A DNA stretch of 64,000 nt from Hormiphora californensis (Eukaryota; Animalia; Ctenophora). A model generated the notes under the pieces. The model was given only the letters and a program-made list of their open reading frames with translations. It made no database searches and was not told the DNA's origin. Where the stretch lies: positions 1,054,001 to 1,118,000 of the forward strand of contig CM035357.1 of NCBI GenBank assembly GCA_020137815.1, written 5' to 3'. Of the stretch, positions 19,619-33,749 are shown one piece after another; position 1 is the stretch's first letter; each line of letters begins with the position of its first letter. The translations under genes and the position numbers were made by a program.

Positions 19619-22269
19619 GTTCTTCTATCTCCCTTCCCTTAATAGGGGCCTCCTCAACCAACCCTCCCACACGTTTTTAATACAACTATGTGGTCAGAGC
19701 TCAGAAGAGCTTCGTACGAAAATGACGAGGGGGAAATGACGGAAACATAAAATCGAAAACGAAAGTTCAAAGTATGATGGTATTAGTCATATCCTGTTAG
19801 TACTCAGTCTAATCTCACTTGCCGGATTTCTTGTCTCACAAAAGACTGCCCTCTCCGAACGAGTCATGATGTATGACAAATTGTCATTGACAATCATGGT
19901 TCTCATACTTTACTGTGATCCATAGTATATTATTATTCATCAGAGTGATCTCATCTGAGATTTTCTGAGACTGCGAGAGAGATATAAACATTAAAGAGAA
20001 AATTCAACACCACCACTCTGTACTATTGCTTCAGTCATGAACTATTGTCTGGGGTTCACATACAAAGATATTGAAGATGAGGTAGAAGCTCTAAATAGAA
20101 AATATTCTTGAGATCTTGAGATTTCAATTAATATGTCGTGATTACTGTTTTAATAGCCCAACTGGTCATTCCGAAAAATCAGATACAAACACATTAATGT
20201 GCTGCACTGTATATGAGTTACTCCAACCCTCCAGTTTCAATGCTTGTTTAACGAAGGAAGTAACCAAGCGATCCACTGGATTCGATATATCTAGGCGCAT
20301 ATCATATTCCCACAGTACTGATGTATTAGCACTATCTTTATATCGGATATCTCGAACAGCAACAATCCTTGTATTTAAACAGGGTTCTTGCTTTCTAACC
20401 AGTTAGGCGTATTAAACAGGGCACATGTTATCTGCAGCGCTCACATATCATGATAATGAACTACATTGACCGTAATACTACGGTCAATGTAGTTCATTAT
20501 CATGATATGTGAGCGCTGCAGATAACATGTGCCCTGTTTAATACGCCTAACTGGTTAGAAAGCAAGAACCCTGTTTAAATACAAGGATTGTTGCTGTTCG
20601 AGATATCCGATATAAAGATAGTGCTAATACATCAGTACTGTGGGAATATGATATGCGCCTAGATATATCGAATCCAGTGGATCGCTTGGTTACTTCCTTC
20701 GTTAAACAAGCATTGAAACTGGAGGGTTGGAGTAACTCATATACAGTGCAGCACATTAATGTGTTTGTATCTGATTTTTCGGAATGACCAGTTGGGCTAT
20801 TAAAACAGTAATCACGACATATTAATTGAATTCGTGGTCTTCGGATCAACTGCACGAAATCAGTGATGGCACCTCGTACCGTTGAACGGTCGATTGATTC
20901 AATAACCTGTTGTTCAGGCTTGATCAATATCATGTGTGTGGGTGATGTGTGTGTGTGATGTCCCTGCAGCATAGTGCATAATACTACGGTCAATGTAGTT
21001 CATTATCATGATCTTGAGATTTTTAGATCTTGATCTTTCTGTTCGGCCAAAGATTGAACAAAGAGGTCACTTCACCATCACATTTCTCCCCCTATCCCTC
21101 AAAATCTCCCAGGCCACCTCTCTCCCCCTCTCTCCTCCCCATTTCATAACCCCCTCTCTCCCTATCCTCCCCATTTCATAACCCCCACTCTCCACCTCTC
21201 TTCCCCATTTCATAACTCACACTATCCCCATTTCATACCCCACCTCTCTCCCCCTATCCTCCCCATTTCATAACCCCCCTCTTTCTCTCCCCTCTCCTCC
21301 CCATTTCATAACCCCCACTCTCCACCTCTCCTCCCCATTTCACTTCACCTAATGACTCTTCCCTCTCCCCATTTCATAACCCCCACTCTCCACCTCTTCT
21401 CCCCATTTCATAACGCCCAATGACTCCCCTCTCCCCATTGCATACCCCACCTCTCTCCCCCTATCCTCCCCATTTCATACCCCACCTCTCTCCCCCTCTC
21501 CTGCCCATTTCATAACCCCCACTCTCCACCTCTCCTCCCCATTTCATAACCCCCACTCCTCCCCATTTCATAACCCCCACTCTCCCTATCCTCCCCATTT
21601 CATAACCCCCACTCTCCCCCTCTCCTCCCCATTTCATAACCCCCACTCTCTCACTCTTCTCCCCATTCCATAACCCCCACTCTCCCCATTTCATACCCCA
21701 CCTCTCCACCTCTCCTCCCCATTTCATACCCCACTCTCTCCCCCTCCTCCCCATTTCATACCCCCTCTCTCCTCCCCATTTCATAACCCCCCCCCCCCCC
21801 TAACAGGAGCACCGCCCGGATCTCGTTAAGATTGCTGAAAATGTGGACATGACTAAACCTGTTGATGAACAAGGGGACAGTTCCAGCTCCAGCAGTAGTT
21901 CATCATCCTCCTCTTCTTCATCTTCTTCTGAGTCAGGTAAGAGCTGAGAAATAGAGGTGTGTGATGTGGGTTACAGCAAATTGGCCTTCCTTTCCGAAAT
22001 AGGCACTGTTTATCACGTCTAGCGAAGGAGAAAAAGGATCAGTTACATACTTTCTATTAGACAATTTTAACCGGTTATCTAAGTTTTCACAGTACACCGT
22101 GACCACCGGTTACAGTGTACTGTGAAAACTTAGACCACTGCAAAAACACTAGTAATTATAAAGTAAAATACCGTTGCAGTGGTATGTGAAAAATTAGACA
22201 CTTTCTAGTCACACGCACACAGTGTGAGCATTACAAACATTACAAACTGAGTGAACGAGATAAAGATTA

Positions 22270-22339
<70 letters not shown>

Positions 22340-22517
22340 AGAGAATGTGTGTGTGTGTGTGAGAGAGAGAGATAGGAAAAGAGAGAATCGAAGGCAGAGA
22401 GGGAAAGCAGATGCAGGACGCTCATTGGCGTGGTGCCATCACGTGACCTATAGTTGCAGAGAGGAAGAAAAGATAAGGGTTAGGGCGTGTGCACTATGCA
22501 GTAGTGACTACTGCACA

Positions 22518-22560
<43 letters not shown>

Positions 22561-23343
22561 TTCTCTTTCTCTTTCTCTCTCTCTCTCTCTCTCACTCAAT
22601 CTTTATCTCTTTCACTCAGTTTGTTTCCAAAATCATCTAATAAAATTAGATGACTGCTTTTACATGCTCTATTACACAACAATAATGTTAAAGATTCTTT
22701 CACTTTTAGGCCTCGCAGGCTCGGCCCAAAAGTACAACTACAGAGCTCGCAGGCTCGCTCGGTAGTTACACTTAGCGTGCCTCGCAGGCTCGGCAGCTAA
22801 GTAAAAGGATCTACCTCGACCTGTCGGTCTCGGTTCATTATTGTTGTATTTAGAACACTCGGCCTTCGGCCTCGTGCACTAAAAAGTAATAGACCATTTT
22901 AACCAGTCATCTAATCATATAATATACCCTGGCCTTGTTTCAAATTTTTTTGACGGTTTAGCGTATTAGTCCAAGTTGAGAGTTCTCAGTATCATGGATT
23001 TTTTGGACGATTTCCACCTTCCGGTTCATGATATAGTATAATTACTTTCGTACCCCCCCCCTTGGGGAGCACACCGTTTATCACAGATAACAGTACTCAT
23101 AACCCCCCCCCCTTTTCAGACCGGGAAGAAGATAGAAAAAGAAAGAAACGGTACAGTCGCAGGTCAGACAGGGACCGCCGCAGTCGGGATCACAGACGTA
23201 CCTCATCCGGATCTGAGTGTTACTTGGTAAGAATGCCCCCCTCCCCGGTGTTGCTATGTTCTAACCCTCCCTTTACATTTGTAAAGGGGGCGCCCGAAAC
23301 ACAATCTAGCCAGGCAACCCCGGTGATGATAGACTTGATCTAG
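12808..23343 (+). CDS. JMJD6: JmjC-domain lysyl hydroxylase/arginine demethylase JMJD6 (phosphatidylserine receptor, PSR)
   Basis: Exons 12808-12886, 13056-13267, 13531-13683 ([33 protein letters not shown]), 13870-13970 (RRPPYR), 14254-14349 ([22 protein letters not shown], HxD motif), 15154-15286, 16260-16448 ([12 protein letters not shown]), 21807-21936 (poly-Ser), 23120-23226, 23287-23343; phases consistent. Confidence 0.95.
15413..15742 (-). CDS. Small CD225/dispanin (IFITM-like) membrane protein, intronless, antisense within JMJD6 intron 6
   Basis: gccATGG Kozak at 15742; 109 aa with two hydrophobic segments joined by [28 protein letters not shown], resembling the CD225 loop. Confidence 0.65.
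   Translation of the reverse strand: METVQVEETNSNYSAGKSDDSEWYVEVDRKISFFEWFLVLTGPIVMPIIGVFIIVFGIKTINAKNRGDRKEALKCKAMVLGLGQWAYRVTLTFASFALIIYLMMEGNRF
16856..17172. repeat. (CT)n/(CTAT)n compound microsatellite
   Basis: Direct inspection. Confidence 0.95.
20125..21010. mobile_element. Insertion made of an inverted partial copy, a ~507-bp unit and a 33-bp terminal redundancy (Penelope pseudo-LTR-like architecture)
   Basis: ~350-bp palindrome arms centred near 20476; unit start aatactacggtcaatgtagttcattatcatgat repeated at 20980-21012; flanking direct repeat gatcttgagattt. Confidence 0.6.
21080..21800. repeat. C-rich minisatellite (CCCCATTTCATAACCCCCACTCTCC..), ~30-33-bp unit, abutting the JMJD6 exon 8 acceptor
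   Basis: About 20 degenerate copies, ending at ccctaacag 21806. Confidence 0.92.
22645..22915. mobile_element. Non-autonomous element with imperfect TIRs and several internal GC hairpins (Crypton-N-like appearance)
   Basis: attagatgactg..ctattac / gtaatag..cagtcatctaat; internal gcctcgcaggctcggc and ctcggccttcggcctcg hairpins. Confidence 0.6.
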
Positions 23344-24417
23344 CTGAACCCTCACAAGGATAGACATCATTTGAAAGTGATTCCACGAGACGAGCTGGGA
23401 ATTAACTGGGAATTACGCGAATAGAGATGATTAGGAATTCTTAGAATCAAGTCCTGTTGAGAGTATAGTGTGGGATTATATATGCTCCTATACAGAGAGA
23501 GAGGGGGGAATAAGATGCTTGTTACCAGGCCATGCTTCCTAGGACCATTGACATTTGACTTATGGGCCATGAGGTGGTGCAACATGGGTAACACGTGTAC
23601 ACGTGTTATGGCGTTCTAATAGGTTTATTCTATATTCGTGGTTGTTTAGGAAAAATCCGAAATTAGGCTTTATCACGTACTCGATAACCGCGGTTTACAG
23701 TCGTTTCTATCATTCTATCTATATCCCAGTATCTCTCTGTCTTTTTCTAAATCTCTCTTTCTCTTTTCACCCTTGCGGTGTATTCCACAGTCCACTAGGC
23801 CATGGCCTAAATACATGATGTAAAACAAACATGGTCTAATACCCTTTGAAAACCTAACACGGCCCTGGTCTAAATAGTAACACGGTCTAAAACACGGTCT
23901 GAATTAGGACATGGGCTCTAAAACAATTTTCCAAGAAGAAATCGAGTTAACAGATTTTTATCCGCCTCACAGAGCTGTAGGCTCACAAAGCATCTTGTTA
24001 TACGACGTCCCATTTAATAACCACAGCCCCCTTTTCTCGGCTACCAAAGTCAGTGTCACAGAGCAGTGCAGCAGGCAGTGAGCTCACAAATCATATTCAT
24101 CTGCCATGGTTAGTACGACGTCTCATTATAACTACTAACCACAGCCCTTTTTCTCGGCAATAAAAGTGGGTCTGCTTCCTAGAAGACCTGACTTTTTAAT
24201 TGTCCCTGTTAAATGGCTTTTAATCATATATCATCTTGTCAAAGCACTGCATAGCATTCTATCGTGTCTGGGGATGGTGAAAAGAGACGATGTGGAGCCT
24301 CCACGGTGGGAGAAAAGTGAGAGAGTGAGAGAGAAAAAAGATAGACGCTGTGATTTGGAGAATTTCCAAATTTGCGAATCCCGCCCTGCACGTGGTTTAC
24401 CATGACTTGAACCACAG

Positions 24418-24932
<515 letters not shown>

Positions 24933-25731
24933 TCAACAATAACTACGTCACTCAGTGTGTAATGGTTCACAAAAGAGTGCACACATTTTCTAGTTATAAA
25001 GCCCGGGATAGTACAGAATATATCAAGGGGTACTAAGTATCCCCACAGTATCCCATGAGTACTAATTATTGGGGGGGGGGGCTCTAAGGGTACAATAGGT
25101 GCCGCCGCTAGGTAAAAGGGGGCAGGACGTCCTATACAGGGCCCGTTAGGTCATTCCGTGGTATTAAAGAATTCCCTTCGTCAGCTAGTGTACCGTATTA
25201 TCTGACGTGCGTCACTGCAGGTTTTTATCAAAACCGTTCTAAAAAACTAATTTCCTTTCAAAGGTCACGTCAGTGGAATACCTTTCACTCTGCTTCCCTT
25301 CCCAGCTAATATAGATGTGGTATACGTTTGATGAAAAATTTGAGAAGAGAATGATGTAAAATTTAGATATTTGAGCCCGCTGAATGTATTTTATTTTTAT
25401 CGGAAATACCATTACAACATTTAATGTGGTACAAAACCCAAAAAACTTAATTACGTTTCAATTTCCTAGAAACTAAGCTTGGCAATATACCTGAACCAAC
25501 CAGCTTATCTCCCCTGAACCAACCCTGAACCATGACCCTTATCTCCCCAGCAGTCACGAGAACAGCAGGGAAGCAAGGAACGGAAGGTGAACGGAGATGA
25601 GGAGGACCGACGGAAGAGGAGTGAAGGGAAAAGGAGTGGGAGCGAGAAAAACCGGTATCATCGTGAACAGTAACAGAGCTCTTAGATAAAATTTGAGGAA
25701 AAAACAGTTGATTGGAGATATTTTGTTGTTG

Positions 25732-25871
25732 ACTCATAAACCTTCGTGGGGCTGTCAGAGGCCTGACCCTTCACCCTATTCTGACAGTCGTGGGGCAGAT
25801 CCGCTGTTGCTCAACATTGTTGAACAATAGTCAATAGCAGATCTGCCTGAGCCCTATGGCGGTTTATGAGT
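25732..25871. mobile_element. 140-bp inverted-repeat element with nested hairpins
   Basis: actcataaacc..ggtttatgagt termini; internal ctgtcaga/tctgacag and ggcagatc/gatctgcc stems. Confidence 0.55.
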
Positions 25872-26450
25872 TTTTAGAGTTTCGAATGGTCACTAGATTT
25901 AATCCCCGCAAAGATTTTGGCTAGTTATCATCGCCCATCCACTCCAATTTGAGGTGGATGGCGATTTGAAATTCAAGTCTGCACTGTTACCTTAGAGCTA
26001 GGACTGAAGACTCAGTAAAGAGAGAGAGATGACTGAAGAATTCAGTCTTAGCACTTCCCTAATTACCAGCTGTGCAGAAATATAAACGTTTCTGTTGACA
26101 GCAGTTTACTTAATCTTGCATTATAGTCTGCAGTAGCTTGGGTAGCTGGCTGTATTGGAGGGGGGTTGGTAGTGGTAGTTGCAGGAGTAGTTATTGAGAT
26201 TGATAGTATCGTTAGATTACTGAATCTAGTCTGCAGAGTAGTTATATTGGAAGGGGGGTTGGGAGTGGTAACTTAGTTTAACTGCAGGAGTAGTTATTGA
26301 GGTTGATAGTATCGTCCTAGATTCAATAACTACCCCCCTGAAGTTGAGCAACCTCCAATCGCTAACGGATAGGAGAGATACCGATATTAATGAATCCTGG
26401 AAGTGAAAAGAATGAGGAAGTGAGGGAAGGGGAAGTAGTGAGATGACGGG

Positions 26451-26484
<34 letters not shown>

Positions 26485-26490
26485 GAGGGG

Positions 26491-26525
<35 letters not shown>

Positions 26526-27683
26526 TGTTAATTAGGGCTTCGTGGGCGGGTTTCCTAAGTTTCAGGTCTCTAACAATTAAATCCATGTCCTAATATCCAC
26601 CGTGGGAGAGGAGAGAATAAATTAGATTTCTGGGTTACTGGCCGATATTTTGTAAAAAAAAATATTCACGATATTTCCCAACGAGGCTGGGGGCTGCACA
26701 GAAAATTTATGGGATGTTTTCTATTATTAGAAACATTGGTAATACATACGTATCGAAGTTTTGGAGAATATTCTTCTCAATTTCTTCAAGACATGAAAAT
26801 ACCCTATTGACTTTGGGTTGGTACCGCCTCAAATCTGAGGAATAATATTGTCTCCATTGGGGTTATCGCCTGGTATAATACTCAGTTATTAGATAATATC
26901 TTGCAGACCTCTTCAGAGGGGGAACACAGCTAGATATGAGGTGGTTTCATGATGGTAGTATAGTTGCCTTGAACGGACCCATGCCCCTCCCCACGACCCC
27001 ACGTAACTTCATGGTTATAGTTTTTAGGTGGCTATGACAGTAGTTTGTTGTTGTGTGTTTTTTTTTAGCTGATCTATGCATATGACATCACTATATATTG
27101 TTGTTGGCCAATGCTGGCAAACTACTCAAAACCAGGTTGTCTCAATGATGATTGTTATGTTCTACAACGTGTGGTGAGAGAGAGGGTCTGAGCAATGCGT
27201 AGAGTTTATGCTTCCAAGAAATACGTATATGTAGTATTAGAACTATACAGAGATGTCATTATCATTCTCTCTGGGGGCTGTCCAGAGAGAATAATAAAAA
27301 CTCTGTCAATCGCTATAAATAAAAAGCATATATTGGGTTATAATCTATAAAAATCTATATTTATAAATCCCGGTTTTAAATCCATATCTCGATCTATACA
27401 CTATATATAATCAGGAACCGACCGAAATCAGGAAATAGAGGGTTCTTTGCTATTTTTTTTTGTGTGTCTCCCGTTGTATTTTGGGTTGATAATACAGTCA
27501 CCGTTGACCAAAAATACCCCACGAGTTTTCGATTGGTTGCTTACTAGTGAGTTTATAGACCCTCATGCAGGTGTTTTATCTATGATTATGAAAGAGCTCA
27601 GCTCAGCTTCAATTACCTTTATGACAATCTGTTCTATTTGTATGTCATCCGACATAAAAGTACGAGCTAAGTGGCTAGGGAAA

Positions 27684-28348
<665 letters not shown>

Positions 28349-28674
28349 TGGGTACAGCGGACTTTGAACAATGCGAGACAGTGAATTGGTGACATATTGC
28401 AGGTTATTTAAAAGGTTAGAATGCCGCGGGGGGAAATGTTGCATATTTTCCGAATAGTTAGATTTTTGGTAGCGAGTTTTATTATTACAAGTGATATTAT
28501 GTATTCTAGAACATTGATTTTCACCACCCCAAAAACCTAGAGAGTGTGTTGTCTATCGGGATTTATCCCAGGAAATATGTAAGGCATCGTGCTGACCCTT
28601 TTTGGTGTGCTTTGCTCAGAAGCGAAGCAAGAATGTCTCGAGAGTGGTCAGATGGAGGAAGATGACTATCATGA

Positions 28675-28711
<37 letters not shown>

Positions 28712-28906
28712 GCGAGAGAGTGAGAGAGAGAGTGAGTGAGTGAGAAGCCTATGATAATGACGCATTATAGGCTACAGCTCCCATTAAATGAGTCATGGAG
28801 CTGATCAAAGAGAATAATGTGTGTCACATAGTTTGTAATTGCGGCTCACGTCACACCCGGGCATGTGCAATGATTTGTAATTACGCAGCACATGGAGAGG
28901 GTGAGG

Positions 28907-28952
<46 letters not shown>

Positions 28953-29091
28953 TTGTGGTCAAATGAAAATGTCGTCATAATTGGGACAAGAGAAGAGGTG
29001 ATAACTGCTTGCTACACACTGCAACAATAACATATGATGTGACGATGTGTTACACACTATGTTGTAGTGTACGGAAATGACGAGGGCATTG

Positions 29092-29185
29092 TACAGTTGG
29101 ATCCCAATTTACCGGAACCCTATGATTTACCGGGAGGATAAACTTCCCTCGATAAAGGAATTTAACGGTTGATGTACCGGGTGAA
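29092..29185. mobile_element. pogo/Tc1-like MITE fragment (TA-CAGT..CCCGATTTACCGG)
   Basis: Related fragments at about 35263-35287 and 58608-58675. Confidence 0.5.
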
Positions 29186-29448
29186 AATCTCTTTATATCA
29201 GTTTGTTGTTTGTTTACTTATGTCGATGTGTGTTTATTTGTTTATTTGTCTAATTGTTTGTCCGTGTTTGTTTGTGTGTTTGTTTGTTTGTGTTTATGTG
29301 AGTGTTTGTTTGTTTATTTATTTATTTGTTTGTTTGTCCGTGTGTGTGTGTGTATCAGCTGTCTGTCATGTTCCACTCAATAACAATTCAAAATATTGCT
29401 ATTGTGTGTGTACAATTGCCATTCGGTCATACAATGATGACTCGCACC

Positions 29449-29560
<112 letters not shown>

Positions 29561-31306
29561 CAGAGAGAAATAAATGGAGACCTAGAGAGGGAGACAGCGG
29601 TTTAAAAAGGGAAATTGCACCATACCATTTTAATGAAATTGAAATAACCCGGAAGCTTTTCTCCAATTCAGATGGTTTCGGATAAAATGTTTATGATGAC
29701 TAAGGCGACTGTTTTGTATCAAGATAGACTATACAAATCTGATATGATATGAATTATAGTTTATACTATGATATTGAGGTAAGGGAATCTTTTATATTGA
29801 ACTGTGTTTTTTAACTTTCCCATGCATGATACTACCTAACCAGAGATTGAGACATTAAATTGTTTGAGACATTCTAATAATTTCTCTTTCAGATTTCCCA
29901 CGGGATGTCCAATGGACATTGTCCATTGTTTAGCTGCGGCGATTTGGAACAATATAATCCCAGAATATATAGAGGATATGGAACAATATAATCCCAATAT
30001 ATGAGGATGGACCTATTACACTATTTGTCAGACGAAGTACGCATGGACTTGTTGATGTGAACGTACCACAACAAAACAATGACAGGATACAGTACCTTTA
30101 ATACGATATCACTCACATGAATGAGCTTACAATTGTCTTAATTAGATAGGCCGAGGTTTATTATCATGATTAAAACTTTTTATTTGTTAAAACCTTTTAA
30201 AACCAGGTCAGCTTGAGCCTATCGATATGACCATTTCTCGGAAAAAAGCACCAAGAATGCGAAGTTATCTCAATTTAAGGTGTTTTTTGCCGTGTCTATG
30301 GCTCGGCAGTTCGGCTGTTACATACAGAGATAAGCGGGTGAATAAAAGTTTAACACTAGGGAACAACATCAATTTGGGTTTTATTAGTTTTTAAACTTTA
30401 GTGGTAAGTTTCTCCATTTTTAAAATTTAGGCCAAGCCCACCCCCTGAAACATTCTACGGGAAAAAACACTGACTGATTTACCGGGCCCCACCCATGAAA
30501 AACTGGTCCTGTTGGCTGATAACCCCACCAGGGCCTGACCTAAATAAAAACTCAAATTGGTTTTTTTTTTTTTTTGGGTCTTCTCAAACTGAAAAAGGCC
30601 AACAGTCTATTTACCCTACCTGTAAAACACAACTGCGTGCCAGGTATTGGAAATTTCATTGCATTTTACCTGGTACGGGAAAAAAAAGAAACCCCATAAC
30701 TGCAACTGAAAATTACCATTGCATTGTGACATGAATAAATAGTTGTCATTACAAAAAATTTATGCATTCATACATAAATAGCCCACCTGTTTCTTTTTCA
30801 TTCTAAAAAATTTATGTGTCTCTAATTTAGAGTCTAAAAACTACCTTCTACTACTTCTATAACCCCGGATCTTTCGCCTTTCTAACCCCCCTGGATCTTT
30901 CTCATATCTTCTCAAGAACATTGCTGGTATGGACTGAACAACTCGAACACACAGGGTTATATCCAGCGGGTTATAATCTCTCTCCAAAAGAGGGTTATAT
31001 CCAAGTAGCACAAGACGTCATCCTATACGAGAGTTTGGGATACCCAGACCTAAAAATAATATTCAAATTTTACCGGGTTTTGCCCTTCTATCTCAAGGAA
31101 CGGGAAAAGGTGGGGGGGATAGAAGAAAAAGGGAAGAAGGGGAGGGATAGAGAGATAGAGGTATAGAGGAAGCAGGGTGAAAGGGTATAGAAATATTAGA
31201 AATCTTATTGAGTAACAAAATTAAAGAGAGATTGTGAAAAGAGGGTAGAGCTGGATAAGAAAAGACAGGAGATTGACAGAATGACAGATCACCACTGCCT
31301 GGATAC

Positions 31307-31535
31307 TAGGTAAAGTACACCCCAAACTACTATGTCCTAATTTCGGGTTTTTTGAAATTTCCCAGGTTAAACTCCACTCCCTGATGAGAAGAGACATAAA
31401 TTTGTTTTGTACGAAGAACTCGATATTTCCTTAAAAACAAATTTTTGTCTCATTTATAGGGGGGAGCTATTGCCGTCTTAAAAAACCCGGGCGCGCGCAG
31501 CAAGGGACATAGTAGTTTGGGGGGACCTTTAGCTA
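31307..31535. mobile_element. ~230-bp TIR element with TAG..CTA ends
   Basis: taggtaaagtacaccccaaactactatgtcc / ggacatagtagtttggggggacctttagcta. Confidence 0.6.
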
Positions 31536-32139
31536 GTAAAATCATGCTCTCATTTTGGGCACAAGATCACGTAAACGCTGTCTTTTGCAGCCCAGACCTA
31601 ACTTGTTGAGTATGGGTCAACAAGACCTATAACTACGATGCAAACCTGTCCCCGATCGAGCCGAACCTAAACCCATTAGAGCCCCGTTATGCAAAAATCA
31701 CGAAAAATTGTGCTTCCGGGATACTGGTGCTATTGTGCTAATAACCTTGTGACCTTGCATATATCATATATGTTATTACGTATCTTGTTTTTCATCCCCG
31801 GTTCTCTCATGTTATCCAAAATTTATCCACGCCCACTGAAATTCCTTCTTCTAGCTGTCTTTCTCTCTCTGCCACTCTCCTTTCTTCCTCTCTCTTTCTC
31901 TCTCTCCATCTCTATTTAAGCACAACGTATCCTATATCTGTAGCTCCGTCTTCCCAGTTACCTAATAATAGCTCTCTCTCTCTCTCTCTCCCAGTATGGA
32001 ACACAATTCACACTGCTGATACAACAACTGTGTCCGGAAATACAGAACTACAGAGCTCCGTAGAATTATTCTGAGAAAATACAACGTCATACATGCCGGG
32101 ACGTGTCATGGCAATATTTCACTTGCAAGACGAGCACCC

Positions 32140-32365
32140 CTACCGTAGGGTACCTTCCCCCACCCGATGAGGCTCACCGCCAGACAGGGTACCTTCCCCC
32201 ACCCGGTGAGGGCCCATCGACAGACAGGGTACCTTCCCACACCCCGGGGGGCCCTCGCAACAGGGTCCTTCCCCCCACCCGGGGGGACCCCCACAGAAGG
32301 GTACCTTCCCCCACCCCCGGGGGGGCCCCCCTCGACAGACAAAGGGACCCCCCCACCCCGGTGAG
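32140..32365. repeat. GC-rich minisatellite (~36-bp ACAGGGTACCTTCCCCCACCCGG core)
   Basis: About 6 degenerate copies. Confidence 0.85.
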
Positions 32366-32657
32366 GACCGGGAAAAAAGGTTTCCAGTGAACCCAACCCC
32401 CACTCCACCCCTTGAAAAAGGATAAAAACCCGGGTTTTTTTTTGGCTTGCAAAACAAGAAGAAGGTAAAATTCCATACCAATACAGAAAAACGCGTCCTT
32501 TCTCTCTCTCTCTTCTCTCTCTCTCTCTCTCTCTCTCTCCCTCCCCTCTCCTTTTCCTTTTCTCCTCTATATCTTCTCTCTCTCTTTCCCCTTTTTCCTT
32601 TTCTCTCCCTTTCCCCTTCTTCTCTCTCTATCTCCCTCTCTCTTCTCCTCCTCTTCC

Positions 32658-32693
<36 letters not shown>

Positions 32694-33749
32694 CCCCTCT
32701 CTCAAAACCCGGGACACCTTCTGCCCCAAAAAAAAACTAGATATAGTAAAAACCCCAAAGCTGAAACCAGCTGTACTGTATGGCATTAAAATTTAAAAAG
32801 GAATTTTTTCATATTTAAAAATGAGGGTAAAAAATTTAAAACGAGAGGAAAATAATTTAATTAAGCGGAGAGTCAGGGGTATAACGGGAAACGACCGAAA
32901 AAAAAACCCCAAACCAAATCAGAAATCGTTATTTGGTCAGTGACTGGTTTATCACCCAACAGGGCCCAGTATTTCCTGATCGGTGGTTCCGGGTGTATAT
33001 ATCAGTTTTTAAACCCCAGTTAACATACTGCTCAAAATAATATATCATCATATCAGGGTGTAGAAAAAACGTGAAAAACCCACTCTCTTGCTACATCCAA
33101 TTCTCTCTCTCTCTCTATTTTCTACTACAGAATAAAACAACAAAATAGTTCTACTAGCTAATCAACTAAACAAAACTAACTACTAATTATACTAACATTA
33201 CTAAATTTCTACTACTGTTAACACAACCTGTACCAATACACGATTTAAAACCATTCACACACAAATTCACCTTCTTAAAATATACACATGTCATGTTACA
33301 GGGCCGGAGGGGCCCTCGCCCCGGAGATTTGATAAAAAACCCCTTCATGGGAAGAACCTTCCCTCTATAAGAGCCCCCTTCCCCCTTTTTCCCCCCGGGG
33401 GTTTCATATGTTTAAAAACGCCTCTCTCCCTCTCCCCTTTCCCTCAATAGGAAAAAAATCAACCGTACCTTCACCGCCCCCCCTAAATTTCGGGAAACCC
33501 GCCGAAAAAAATTTAAACAACCAAATCAGAATTCGTTTTTTTATCAGTGACGGTTATCAGCCAATCAGGGACCAGTATATTCCCTGATTCGGTCGGTTCC
33601 TGCTCACAATCACACACGTTAGAACTGGCAGTAAAAATGCTAGAAAAATGGGAACAACTGTATACACAGACATTGGACAAAATCAGAAAGATCAGAGCTG
33701 GGGTGGGGGGCACCCGATTAAAACAGGGCTACTAAAAACGTAACAAAAT

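Noticed and set aside
23814-23915. CATGATG P-element-like end with ACACGGTCTAA repeats
   Set aside because: No matching opposite TIR or TSD found
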